From an uncultured Victivallales bacterium (lineage in GTDB: Bacteria; Verrucomicrobiota; Kiritimatiellia; UBA8416; CAYRKB01): DNA of 64,000 nucleotides. The position numbers were made by a program, and so were the translations under genes. This document shows, in pieces, positions 55,554 to 64,000 of this stretch; within the stretch, counting starts at the first letter, position 1; the number at the start of each line of letters is the position of its first letter. Location: NCBI GenBank assembly GCA_964424705.1, contig CAYRKB010000001.1:22575-86574 (forward strand). Direction: 5' to 3'. The notes under the pieces were generated by a model. The model was not told where the DNA came from and did no database searches. It was given only the letters and a program-made list of their open reading frames with translations.

Positions 55554-56828
55554 CTATGCCGGTTCGGTCACTCCCTCGGGGCCGGGAGGAAGCGTGTCGC
55601 CGCGCAGGCCGTCCTGCTCAAGGGACAGTCGGCGGCCCAGACTGAGAAAGCCCAGCGAAGCCACCCCTGCCGTGGCTGCCACGATGAACCACGGGCCCTG
55701 CTGGAAGAACGGAGAGATCGCGCCGATTGCGTTCGATCCCATCAGAATGCCCGTGGCGCTGCCGATCTGTTGGAACAGGCCCTGCACGCCGAGGTAGCGC
55801 CCCTTTTCGCCCTGCGGGGCCATATTCGCCCCAAGCGCCTGGAGCCCAGGCGAAACCGCCAGTTCGCCCAGCGTCACTACCGCGACAGCCAACGCGGCGG
55901 CGAAGAAGACCGTGGAGTATCCGAACAAGAGGTAGCCCACTCCATAGAGAAACGCCCCGGCGGCCAGTCCGGATGTTATGCGGCGGCGCTCGAGCACGCG
56001 CGTCATGAAGTACTGCGCCAGAACCACCATACCGCCGTTAATGGAAAAAAGGAGGCCGACCTGGGCCGCGGAGAACCCCAGGTACTTCGAGGAGTAGAGG
56101 GATGTGGAAACTACAAGCTGGCTCATTACGGCGCAGATGATCAGGGTAAAGAGGCAAAAGCGCAGGAAATGAGCATTCTTAAGGGTCGTGTAACCCGCGC
56201 TGAGAGTGGGCGCGACAAATCTGCCGCTGGCCGCGCCCGGGGCGTCCTTGATCGCGAGGGCGATGACCACGGTGCAGCCGGCGAACAGGGCGGCCGTCAC
56301 AACGAACAGCGATGCATACGAAGTCTTCGCCAGAAACCCGCCCAGCGCGGGCCCAAGCGCCCAGCCGGCATTGCTGCCCATGCGCAGGAACCCGTAAGCC
56401 TTCATTCTTTGCGAGGGCCCGACATAGTCCGCCACCCAGGATCTGGCGGCGGGATGGAAGAAGGATCCGATGAAAGTTCCCATCGGATGGAACACGAGAA
56501 TGGCCCACAATCCGGCATCGCTGTATACAATCCATGCCAGGATCGCTGTGAGAATCGACCGCAGCGCCAGGGAGGCGACCATGACCTTGCGCCGCCCTAT
56601 GGCGTCGGAGATCTCTCCGCCGACAAATTGTGCGAGAGAGCCTGCCAACATGGAGCACGACAGGAATACGCCGACCCAAGCCGTGGGCACGCCGCGCTGG
56701 GTGCTGAGGTAGATGGCCAGGAAGGGGAAGGAGATCGCGTAGCCCGCGGTCATGAAACCTTCCGTCACGGTCAATATCCAGAAACCGGGTTGATACTTCA
56801 TGTCAGGCAAACGGACTCTCAAGGCCAC
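55554..56828 (-). CDS. MFS transporter
   Basis: There are twelve TM helices. The MFS motif A-like segment is GEISDAIGRRKVM. Start is at 56828 or at Met-10 (56801). Confidence 0.8.
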   Translation of the reverse strand: MALRVRLPDMKYQPGFWILTVTEGFMTAGYAISFPFLAIYLSTQRGVPTAWVGVFLSCSMLAGSLAQFVGGEISDAIGRRKVMVASLALRSILTAILAWIVYSDAGLWAILVFHPMGTFIGSFFHPAARSWVADYVGPSQRMKAYGFLRMGSNAGWALGPALGGFLAKTSYASLFVVTAALFAGCTVVIALAIKDAPGAASGRFVAPTLSAGYTTLKNAHFLRFCLFTLIICAVMSQLVVSTSLYSSKYLGFSAAQVGLLFSINGGMVVLAQYFMTRVLERRRITSGLAAGAFLYGVGYLLFGYSTVFFAAALAVAVVTLGELAVSPGLQALGANMAPQGEKGRYLGVQGLFQQIGSATGILMGSNAIGAISPFFQQGPWFIVAATAGVASLGFLSLGRRLSLEQDGLRGDTLPPGPEGVTEPA

Positions 56829-57004
56829 GAGTTCTCGTCAATGAGCGAACAGTAATCGGTGGAGAGTAATCAGTCATCAGTAATCAGTCATCGGCTCCTG
56901 ACTCCTGACTGAAGGCTGCCAACCGTTCTTGAATTCCTGAGCAGGCGTCTGGTACAGTCGCGTCCTCTTTTTTTTGCCGCGGCACGCTGAAGGTTGGGGA
57001 GTCC

Positions 57005-59110
57005 ATGATCGATTTCACAGCGGGGTTGAATCCCGAACAACGCAGGGCGGTGCTGACGACCGATGGCCCCCTGTTGGTGCTCGCGGGCGCCGGGACCGGG
57101 AAGACGCGCGTCATTACCCACCGCATCGCCCACATGCTGGCGAACGGCGTCCCGGCGCGCTCGATTCTGGCCATGACCTTCACCAATCGGGCCGCCGGCG
57201 AAATGAAGGAGCGCATTGCCAAGCTGGCGTCGAAGGCGCACGTCGAGGAGCTGACCGTCGGTACGTTTCACTCGTTTTGCGTGAAAGCCCTGCGCCAGTT
57301 CGGAGAAACGGTCGGCATTCGGAAAAACTTCGCAATCTGTGATGCCGACGACCAGCTGACGGCGATGAAGAAGGCCCTTCGGGAGTTGCAGATTCCGGAA
57401 AAGGCGATCCCCCCCAGGCTGGTGCTCAGCCGCGTGTCGCTGCTCAAGAATCGGCTCGCCGGCCCCGAGGCGGGCCTCGGCTCGAGCGACCCGCAGGAGG
57501 CCGAGCTCAGCCGCGTGTACCAGAAGTATGATGCCGGCCTGCGGGCCAGCGGCGTGCTGGACTTCGACGACCTGCTCCTGTTCATGGTCAAACTGCTCCA
57601 GGAGAAGGCGCCCCTGGCCCAGTTTCAGAAGCGCTACCGGTACCTGCTGATTGATGAGTATCAGGATACCAACGGCCCGCAGTACGAGATTGTCAAGCAG
57701 ATCGGCGGGGCGCATCGCAACGTGTGCGTGGTGGGGGATGACGATCAATCGATCTACGGCTGGCGCGGGGCGGACATCAGCAAGATCCTCAACTTCGAAA
57801 AGGACTTTCCCGGCGCCGCGGTCGTCCGCCTGGAGACCAACTATCGTTCCACGGCGCAGATTATCGCCGGCGCCAACGCGGTCATCCGCAATAACACGGC
57901 GCGGCATGAGAAGGCGCTTCGTTCGGCCCTGGGCGACGGGCAGGCGATCGTCGTCAGGCGGCTGCCCGATGAAGAGACCGAGGCGCTGTACGTCGTGGAG
58001 GACATCCTTCAGCGCGCGCGGGAGAACCGGCTGCCGCTGGGCACTTTTGCGGTACTCTTTCGAACCGCCATGCAGCCGCGGATGTTTGAAATGCGGCTGC
58101 GGGAGAAAGGCGTGCCCTACAACCTGGTGGGCGGCATGTCCTTCTTCGACCGCAAAGAGGTGCGCGACGTGCTGTCGTACCTCAAGCTCGTGGCGAACCC
58201 CGAGGATGAGCTTTCGCTGCTGCGGGTCATCAACACTCCTCCCCGGGGGATCGGGGACACGACGGTGCAGAAGATGCTGGCCGTCGCGGCCGAGCGGAGT
58301 ATGTCGTTGGCCGAGGTGATCCGGCGCGGCGACGAGTTTCCGGCGCTGCCGGCGCCGGCGCCGGCGCTGTCGGCGGCGCGGAAGTTTCTCGGCGCGCTGG
58401 CCGCGCTGAGCGGCCTCCAGGCCGGTCCGGAGCTCGTGAAGCTCGTCAGGCAGGTGGTCAGCGCGGTGGACTACCAGGAGGAAATCAAGCGCAACTATCC
58501 TGATCCTGCCGTGCGTGCCAAGCGCTGGGACGCCGTTAACGAGATCATGAACATGGCGGAGGTGCACGCGCGCTACCGGCCGCAGGCCACGCTGAACAGC
58601 TTCCTTGAGGACTTGACCCTCAACGCCAACGACGACAGCGATAAGGAGCCGTCGGGCGACGACAAGCTGACTCTCATGACGCTGCATTCCGCCAAGGGGC
58701 TGGAGTTTGGCGAGGTGTACCTCGTGGGCATGGAGGAGGGCCTTCTGCCGCACGCGAGATCGATCGAGGACGGGAATGTTGCGGAGGAGCGGCGGCTGGC
58801 CTATGTCGGCATTACGCGCGCCAGACAGCGGCTGACCGTCACCTACGTCGCCAGCCGGGCGCGCTATGGTCAGCGCGAGGCCGTGATGCCGTCGCGCTTC
58901 CTGTACGAGATGCTCGGCCGGCCGCCCCCGCCCGAGATCCGTGAAAGCGCTTTCCGGCCGGCCGCCGCGCCACCGGTCGTCGCCGGCAAGAAGAAACAGG
59001 CCAAGCGCAAGCGCGCCAAGAAGAGCTCGCCACGCCCTACGGCGACGGCCTCAAGCAGGTCCTGCGCGTCTGCCCGTTCAATGCTGAGCACCGCAACAGC
59101 TCCGCCGTAA
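57005..59110 (+). CDS. pcrA: ATP-dependent DNA helicase, UvrD/PcrA/Rep family
   Basis: Helicase motif I is AGAGTGKTRVITHRIAHML. Motifs II (DEYQDTN), III and the C-terminal LTLMTLHSAKGLEF...VGITRA are present. Confidence 0.9.
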   Translation: MIDFTAGLNPEQRRAVLTTDGPLLVLAGAGTGKTRVITHRIAHMLANGVPARSILAMTFTNRAAGEMKERIAKLASKAHVEELTVGTFHSFCVKALRQFGETVGIRKNFAICDADDQLTAMKKALRELQIPEKAIPPRLVLSRVSLLKNRLAGPEAGLGSSDPQEAELSRVYQKYDAGLRASGVLDFDDLLLFMVKLLQEKAPLAQFQKRYRYLLIDEYQDTNGPQYEIVKQIGGAHRNVCVVGDDDQSIYGWRGADISKILNFEKDFPGAAVVRLETNYRSTAQIIAGANAVIRNNTARHEKALRSALGDGQAIVVRRLPDEETEALYVVEDILQRARENRLPLGTFAVLFRTAMQPRMFEMRLREKGVPYNLVGGMSFFDRKEVRDVLSYLKLVANPEDELSLLRVINTPPRGIGDTTVQKMLAVAAERSMSLAEVIRRGDEFPALPAPAPALSAARKFLGALAALSGLQAGPELVKLVRQVVSAVDYQEEIKRNYPDPAVRAKRWDAVNEIMNMAEVHARYRPQATLNSFLEDLTLNANDDSDKEPSGDDKLTLMTLHSAKGLEFGEVYLVGMEEGLLPHARSIEDGNVAEERRLAYVGITRARQRLTVTYVASRARYGQREAVMPSRFLYEMLGRPPPPEIRESAFRPAAAPPVVAGKKKQAKRKRAKKSSPRPTATASSRSCASARSMLSTATAPP

Positions 59111-59258
59111 TCATCATGCGCGCCAGCCTTCGGTCGATGGACAAAGTAAGTTAGCCTTTGGCTGAGTTACTGCGCCTGGGGGGCGCGCTTACTAGTTCCG
59201 AAGTATCCGCGGACAGCGGTCGCTGTCCAGTTGTCCTGGGGACATGAGATATTGTTGG

Positions 59259-59451
59259 GCGCATGTGAGTTCCGGGGATCGCCGCCCGGGGGAGATGCGG
59301 CGAAGCTCGGAGAGAACGCGGCGGGGTCGCCGCATCTCCAGTCGGAGTTGCCCGTTGTCGCTCCCGGCTTGCTTCTGGAGTCGCGACGCCCTCGTCGCGG
59401 AGATGAAGAAACGCGCCTGAACGGACAACTCCCCGGAACTCACATGCGCCC
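59259..59451. repeat. MITE-like palindromic repeat element, copy 2 (short variant, 193 bp)
   Basis: It has the same 20-bp terminal inverted repeats (GCGCATGTGAGTTCCGGGGA ... TCCCCGGAACTCACATGCGC) and internal palindromes as the copy at 20776-21070. Track ORFs 59192..59455(-) and 59231..59503(+) over it are artefacts. Confidence 0.7.
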
Positions 59452-59914
59452 TCAACTTTTCACTGCTCGCCCAAATCTACGGATAAGGAACGAAAGTGGG
59501 TGAGACGGCGGCGGAGTGGGCTCGGGGCTCCGAATTAAGGCGCGAAGGCGACGTTGATGGTGCGGGAGAGGGGAAAGAGCGAATGCGGGCAAAGGGACGA
59601 CATTCAATGTTCATTTTCCCCGCGTCGCATCCGCCGCCAGGCCGGCGGCTTCAGCGGGAGGGGCCCTGGAAATAGAAGATAAACAATCCGGGGAGACTGG
59701 TTGCGTGCAGTAAAGGAAGCGCTGACGTGTAACTCAAGGGCTGGCGCTATGCCATCTCAGCAACATGGCGCCTGTGAACCACGACGGGCGCGCCCTGCTG
59801 TTGGTATTGGAGCCTATATATGCCAACGACTCATCGATGAGTAACTTTGGATTTCGCGTATACATAGTTCCCGCTGATCTGAAAGAACGTGTGTCAGCGC
59901 GCAGCCTTCGGGAT

Positions 59915-60820
59915 CTACCCGGCTTCGTTCACGACGCGGACTCCAAGATCGCGCAATGTGCGAATCCATGAAGTCACTGTGGCGGGCGAGGGGGAAATGA
60001 TGGTGCCCAGCGCGTCTTTCGTGCCGAACCTCTGGTGCTTGCCAGTACCCAGCGGGTGATAGGGCATGACCTCAAACCCGAGAAGCTGTGGCAGGCCGGC
60101 GGACAGGCGCGCAATGGCCTGGAAATGATCCTCCCGATCGTTGAGCCCCGGGATGATGGGGAGGCGGACCAAAACGGCGGCGCCTGCATCGTGGAGGAAC
60201 CGGAGGTTGTTCAGGATCTGTTCGTTGGGGGCGCCTGTCAGCTCCCGGTGGCGTTCCGGGTCGCAGTCCTTGATATCGTAGAGGAAGCGGTCCACGTCGG
60301 GCAGGATGCGCCGGATCGCGTCCTGGGAGACCTGGCCGCAGGTCTCGACGGCGCAATCGAGGCCCGCCTGCTTTGCCGCGCGGAGCAGCGCGGCCGCGAA
60401 CTCCGGCTGCATCAGCGGCTCGCCGCCGGACAGCGTCATCCCCCCGCCCGAGGTGTCGTAGAAAGGCTTATCCCGCAGGACTTCGGTAAGCACTTCGGGC
60501 ACGGTCGCGTCCCTGCCGACCAGATCCAGTGCGCGGGCGTAGCACTCCGCGGTGCATGAGCCGCACACGACGCAGGCCTCGCGGTCCAGCGCGTGGTGTT
60601 CGCCGTCCATCCGGTGGGCGTTGCGCTTGCAGACGCGAAAGCAGTAGCCGCAGCCGATGCACCGGTCGGGCAGAAAGGCGAGCGCGGGCCCCGCGTCAAG
60701 TCCTTCCGGGTTGTGGCACCAGAGGCAGCGCAGCGTGCAGCCTTTCAGGAATACCGTCGTACGGATGCCGGGCCCGTCGTGCACGCTGAATCGCTGGATT
60801 TCGAAGATCCGTCCGGTCAT
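59915..60820 (-). CDS. glycyl-radical enzyme activating protein (radical SAM, PflA family)
   Basis: The motif CTLRCLWCHNPE (CxxxCxxC) and a ferredoxin-like insert (CIGCGYC...CVVCGSC) are typical of GRE activases other than PflA itself. Confidence 0.85.
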   Translation of the reverse strand: MTGRIFEIQRFSVHDGPGIRTTVFLKGCTLRCLWCHNPEGLDAGPALAFLPDRCIGCGYCFRVCKRNAHRMDGEHHALDREACVVCGSCTAECYARALDLVGRDATVPEVLTEVLRDKPFYDTSGGGMTLSGGEPLMQPEFAAALLRAAKQAGLDCAVETCGQVSQDAIRRILPDVDRFLYDIKDCDPERHRELTGAPNEQILNNLRFLHDAGAAVLVRLPIIPGLNDREDHFQAIARLSAGLPQLLGFEVMPYHPLGTGKHQRFGTKDALGTIISPSPATVTSWIRTLRDLGVRVVNEAG

Positions 60821-60840
60821 TGTGTCTCCTTCATTGCTGC

Positions 60841-63081
60841 CTAGACGCCATGTTCCGTCCGTGCAATGACATCATCCTGGTATCCCTTGCACAGTTCGAC
60901 GAAGCGTGCGCTCATGCCCCAGACCCGGACGACCAGGTCCCGGTGTTTGTGCGGCTCGCGCTGGGCCTCCCTCAGCGTGGCGGCATCCACCACGTTGAGC
61001 TCGAGCTGCATGCCGCCCATGGCGAAGAACGTTCTAAGCATGGCGATGAACTTCTGCAGCCCTGCCTCGCCGCGTATAGCCATGGGGTGAAAGCTCAGAA
61101 GCAGCGCGCTGTTCCACTGGGATAGCAGGGGATCAATCTTTGCAGCCGACTTCATGGCGGCGGTCGGCCCGTGCCGATCCGTGCCGTTGGCCGGGCTTAG
61201 CGTCACTGGAATGGGGTCCTGGCTGTGCCGCCCGTCCGGGGTGGCGGTGTAGTTGCGCCCCGCGCCATAGGAATGCGGCTGGTGGACGCCCGCCAGCACC
61301 CGGGCCCCGTTGGACGTGAGGTGCTTCATGATTTCGCGGCAGGCGCACTCGATCAGCTCCTTGCCGAGCAGGTCCGCGGAATCGTCGTCATTGCCCCACT
61401 TCGGGGCCTGGATGCACTTCTGCCGGAGCGGCTCCTGGCCTTCCCAGTTGGATGCCAGGGCGGCCTTGATCGCGCTCAGCGACACCTCGCGGCGCTCGAA
61501 CACCACTTCGCGCAGGGCCGCAAGGCTGTTGATGGCCGTCACCGGGGAGCACACCATCATTCCCTTATTGGGAAAGCGCAGGCCGCCTTGCGTCATGTCG
61601 AGCCCTCTTTCCACGCAGTCGTCCATGGTGCCCGAAAGGAACGGCAGGATCACCGCCTGGCGGCCGGGGATGAGCTGGGCGTTCCAGTTGTCGACGTCCC
61701 TGCGGACCACCTCGGCGGTTCGTTCCTTGCATCGCTCCAGGAATCGGGCGAAGGTCCAGCTGTCGTCGGCCTCCGCGAGCGTGTCCAGCACGATGCCCGT
61801 CAACGAGACGCCGGAAAGGAGGAAGAAGCTGCTCTTGCCGTCGATCAACACGTCCTGGCATGCGTCCAGGACGTAGTCCCGCGCGGCGGCGGGCGGGAAC
61901 CCCACGCCCTGCAGCGCGGGGACAAACGCGTCGTCGTTGAAGTAGGCCAGCTGGCCGAAGTGGCTCGTGGACAGCCTCGCCAGCCGCTCGATGTATTGGG
62001 GGAGGCTGTCCCGGTGAACGCGGGCCGCAACCTGCGGATTGGGGAGCCGCACGTCGTCGAGCGCGTCGAGCAGCGCATAGGTCAACGCGTTGACGCCGTC
62101 CCCGCCATCAGGAAGCAGCCCGCCCAGGACCACGTTGTCCATGCCGTCGTACGCGACGTCGCCCAGGTTCACGTCGCCCTGGTCGTTCAGTTTTATGAGC
62201 AGACACCGGAGCAGGAGCGCCGCCTCGCCCGGTTCGCACGTCTGGTACGTCGGCAGGAGATACTGATCCATGCGCCCCTGGGACATGAGCGCGTGGTTTT
62301 CCATGATGGCCAGCAGATGCACGAAGAAGGTGAGCTGGCAGGCCTCATGGAACGTTCGCGGCGGGTTGGCGGCAATATTGCGGCAAGCCGCGGCGATCGC
62401 CATCAGTTCCCCGGCGCGTGCCGGCGGCTGCCCGGGCGCCATGGATTCGGCGAGCGCGGCGTAGCGTCGCGCCAGGGCGCCGGCGCTCTCGAAGGCGACG
62501 CACACGGCGCGCAGAAAATCCTGCCGGACCGGGTCGGCCTCAACGGCCAGCCGCGCCTCGGCCTGGTCGCGAATGCCGCCAAATCCAAGACGCATGACCT
62601 TCGGGTAGTTAGGCACATAGTGGCCCTGTGAAACGCCTTCCAGATGCCCCGGGTGCATGGTCTCTTCGGCCCTGGCGTAAGACGGGAAGGCGCAGAGATC
62701 GACATCGTCGACCGGCCGTGGCGGCCGGTCAAGGTGTTCGAGGTCCCCGCCGCGTCGCCCGAAGACGGTTCGCGCGCCGACGATGAGCTCATCATCCTCG
62801 ATAAAGACAGGCATGCGTTCGAGCATCAGGCCCATCGCGCGGGCCTTGCGCTCGGCCAGGCCGTACGGGAGGTCGCGCACCGACCAGTCTTTCGGGAGGA
62901 AGATGCGGTGGCGCGCGTGCTCCGCGTCGAGCATGCGCTGGCGCAGGCGCGCCACGCGGCGGGCCATATCATCTGTCATTTCCATTGGATGGGCTGCACG
63001 CTGCTTTCGTCGACCTGTTCCACGTATCGCGGCGTTGAGAATAGTCATCTCTTCCGCGATGGCAAGCCATCGTTTGTTCAT
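60841..63081 (-). CDS. glycyl radical enzyme (PFL-fold; substrate unknown)
   Basis: The C-terminal glycyl-radical motif is ...VVRVWGMSARFVEL... (RVxG). The N-terminus resembles GRE families (choline lyase/glycerol dehydratase/HPA decarboxylase-like). At 746 aa it is on the short side, and it lies adjacent to the activase. Confidence 0.8.
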   Translation of the reverse strand: MNKRWLAIAEEMTILNAAIRGTGRRKQRAAHPMEMTDDMARRVARLRQRMLDAEHARHRIFLPKDWSVRDLPYGLAERKARAMGLMLERMPVFIEDDELIVGARTVFGRRGGDLEHLDRPPRPVDDVDLCAFPSYARAEETMHPGHLEGVSQGHYVPNYPKVMRLGFGGIRDQAEARLAVEADPVRQDFLRAVCVAFESAGALARRYAALAESMAPGQPPARAGELMAIAAACRNIAANPPRTFHEACQLTFFVHLLAIMENHALMSQGRMDQYLLPTYQTCEPGEAALLLRCLLIKLNDQGDVNLGDVAYDGMDNVVLGGLLPDGGDGVNALTYALLDALDDVRLPNPQVAARVHRDSLPQYIERLARLSTSHFGQLAYFNDDAFVPALQGVGFPPAAARDYVLDACQDVLIDGKSSFFLLSGVSLTGIVLDTLAEADDSWTFARFLERCKERTAEVVRRDVDNWNAQLIPGRQAVILPFLSGTMDDCVERGLDMTQGGLRFPNKGMMVCSPVTAINSLAALREVVFERREVSLSAIKAALASNWEGQEPLRQKCIQAPKWGNDDDSADLLGKELIECACREIMKHLTSNGARVLAGVHQPHSYGAGRNYTATPDGRHSQDPIPVTLSPANGTDRHGPTAAMKSAAKIDPLLSQWNSALLLSFHPMAIRGEAGLQKFIAMLRTFFAMGGMQLELNVVDAATLREAQREPHKHRDLVVRVWGMSARFVELCKGYQDDVIARTEHGV

Positions 63082-63252
63082 GGGCGAGTAGTCTTACGGA
63101 GCATGGGTTCCACTGCGCAAGACGCGAAAGTTGCAAAGACTGTCCAGAGTGCCCGTGCTGGGAGAAGTGTGCGCATCTGCCTTTTTCTTGTGGATGATGC
63201 GGCAGCATGGCATATAGTCACCTCTTTCGAGAAACACGCAACGGAGGCAGCA

Positions 63253-64000
63253 ATGGACATCGCAAAACCGAATACCTTGTATCACGAAGTGCACAGGCCC
63301 CAGTTCCACTTCACTCCGCGGGTAAATTGGACGAACGATCCCAACGGGCTGGTGTTCTACAAGGGCGAGTACCACATGTTCTTCCAGCTGAACGCGAAAA
63401 GCATCAACTGGGGGCCCAACACGTGGGGCCACGCCATCAGCCGTGATCTCGTGCATTGGGAGCAGATCGCAGACGCGATCAAGCCCGACACATACGGGTG
63501 GATCTGGTCGGGTTCGGCCGTGGTGGACTGGGAGAACACCGCAGGGCTCCAGAAGGGGCGCGAGAAGACGCTCGTGGCCATCTATACGACAGGCGGCACG
63601 ATCGGCACGGCCGGGTGGGAACACCCGTCGACTCCGGCGGTGCAGGCGATTGCCTACAGCAATGACCGCGGCCGGACCTGGAAGAAGTACAAGGGAAACC
63701 CGGTGCTTGGTCACATCCGTGGGAGCAATCGCGATCCGAAGGTCATCTGGCATGCGCCGACGCGGACCTGGATCATGGCCTTGTACGTTGATGAGAACGA
63801 CTTCGCCTTGTTCAGCTCCAAGAATCTAATCAAGTGGGAGCACCTTCAGGACCTTCACCTGTGCGGGTCGAGCGAGTGCCCGGACTTCTTTGAGATTCCC
63901 GTTGATCCGCCTTCGCCTGGAGGCTCCGGCGCGGCACGCGGCCGCAAGACGGATACACGCTGGGTCTTTTGGGGTGGGGACAGCCGGTACCTGATCGGCC
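63253..64000 (+). CDS. glycoside hydrolase family 32 (beta-fructofuranosidase/levanase-like), 3'-truncated by window end
   Basis: ATG at 63253 has a GGAGG RBS. The motifs WTNDPNG (WMNDPNG block), RDP and ECPDFF (EC) are present. There is no stop before position 64000. Confidence 0.8.
   Translation, partial: MDIAKPNTLYHEVHRPQFHFTPRVNWTNDPNGLVFYKGEYHMFFQLNAKSINWGPNTWGHAISRDLVHWEQIADAIKPDTYGWIWSGSAVVDWENTAGLQKGREKTLVAIYTTGGTIGTAGWEHPSTPAVQAIAYSNDRGRTWKKYKGNPVLGHIRGSNRDPKVIWHAPTRTWIMALYVDENDFALFSSKNLIKWEHLQDLHLCGSSECPDFFEIPVDPPSPGGSGAARGRKTDTRWVFWGGDSRYLIG

Noticed and set aside
59560-59914. Lower-GC ~350-bp stretch downstream of the GRE activase, as a possible foreign insertion.
   Set aside because: It has no ORF, repeat boundaries or integrase. 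It is most likely an ordinary AT-richer 3' UTR/intergenic spacer.
1-64000. tRNA genes.
   Set aside because: No GTTCRANYC T-loop or cloverleaf candidate was seen in any of the longer intergenic regions (1-376, 6317-6687, 27000-27594, 30291-30493, 59111-59914).

Overview
This is a high-GC (~64%) stretch of chromosomal DNA, apparently from a diderm bacterium. It encodes lipobox lipoproteins, LolA-like, FtsX/MacB-type and MMPL proteins, and possibly belongs to the PVC superphylum (several DUF1080 and DUF4339 proteins). I cannot assign the taxon from sequence alone. The window is densely coding on both strands and I found no rRNA, tRNA, CRISPR array or prophage.

Recognisable housekeeping blocks:
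- Nucleotide salvage and eDNA scavenging: add, surE, a secreted thermonuclease and a nucleoside deaminase.
- An NtrB/NtrC-type two-component pair and an aldo/keto reductase.
- A long minus-strand operon: trpS-scpA-scpB-chorismate mutase-hisC-tyrA-aroA-cmk.
- pdxJ-acpS-nnr, mazG, two GH63-like hydrolases, a UvrD/PcrA helicase, an MFS transporter, a DUF362 Fe-S protein, a glycyl-radical enzyme with its activase, and a GH32 gene truncated at the window edge.

Four blocks are not explained by standard annotation:
1. 37.5-51.7 kb: a tightly packed 8-gene plus-strand operon. It encodes two distinct ABC ATPases flanking a minimal 4-TM FtsX permease, a PqqD-like RRE protein, a 1842-aa protein fusing a signal anchor, a PA/M28-peptidase-like ectodomain and a long linker to a MacB/FtsX-type permease, two very large polytopic membrane proteins (one with a ~300-aa coiled-coil insert) and a soluble unknown. 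I regard this as a candidate undescribed type VII (mechanotransducing) ABC envelope machine.
2. 1.0-6.3 kb: a radical-SAM/SPASM enzyme fused to a hotdog-fold domain. It is translationally coupled to a LolA-like protein, an MMPL/RND exporter and a lipoprotein, and is a candidate lipid tailoring and export cassette.
3. 21.1-24.7 kb and 35.5-37.4 kb: two paralogous giant coiled-coil proteins bounded by GYF-like DUF4339 domains. One carries near-identical 243-bp tandem repeats and a ~0.65-kb internal duplication. It sits next to a degenerate NtrC-like ATPase that lacks GAFTGA and an HTH.
4. A MITE-like palindromic repeat with 20-bp terminal inverted repeats, in two copies at 20.8 kb and 59.3 kb.

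Many long antisense 'shadow' ORFs in the six-frame track are GC-driven artefacts and were rejected.
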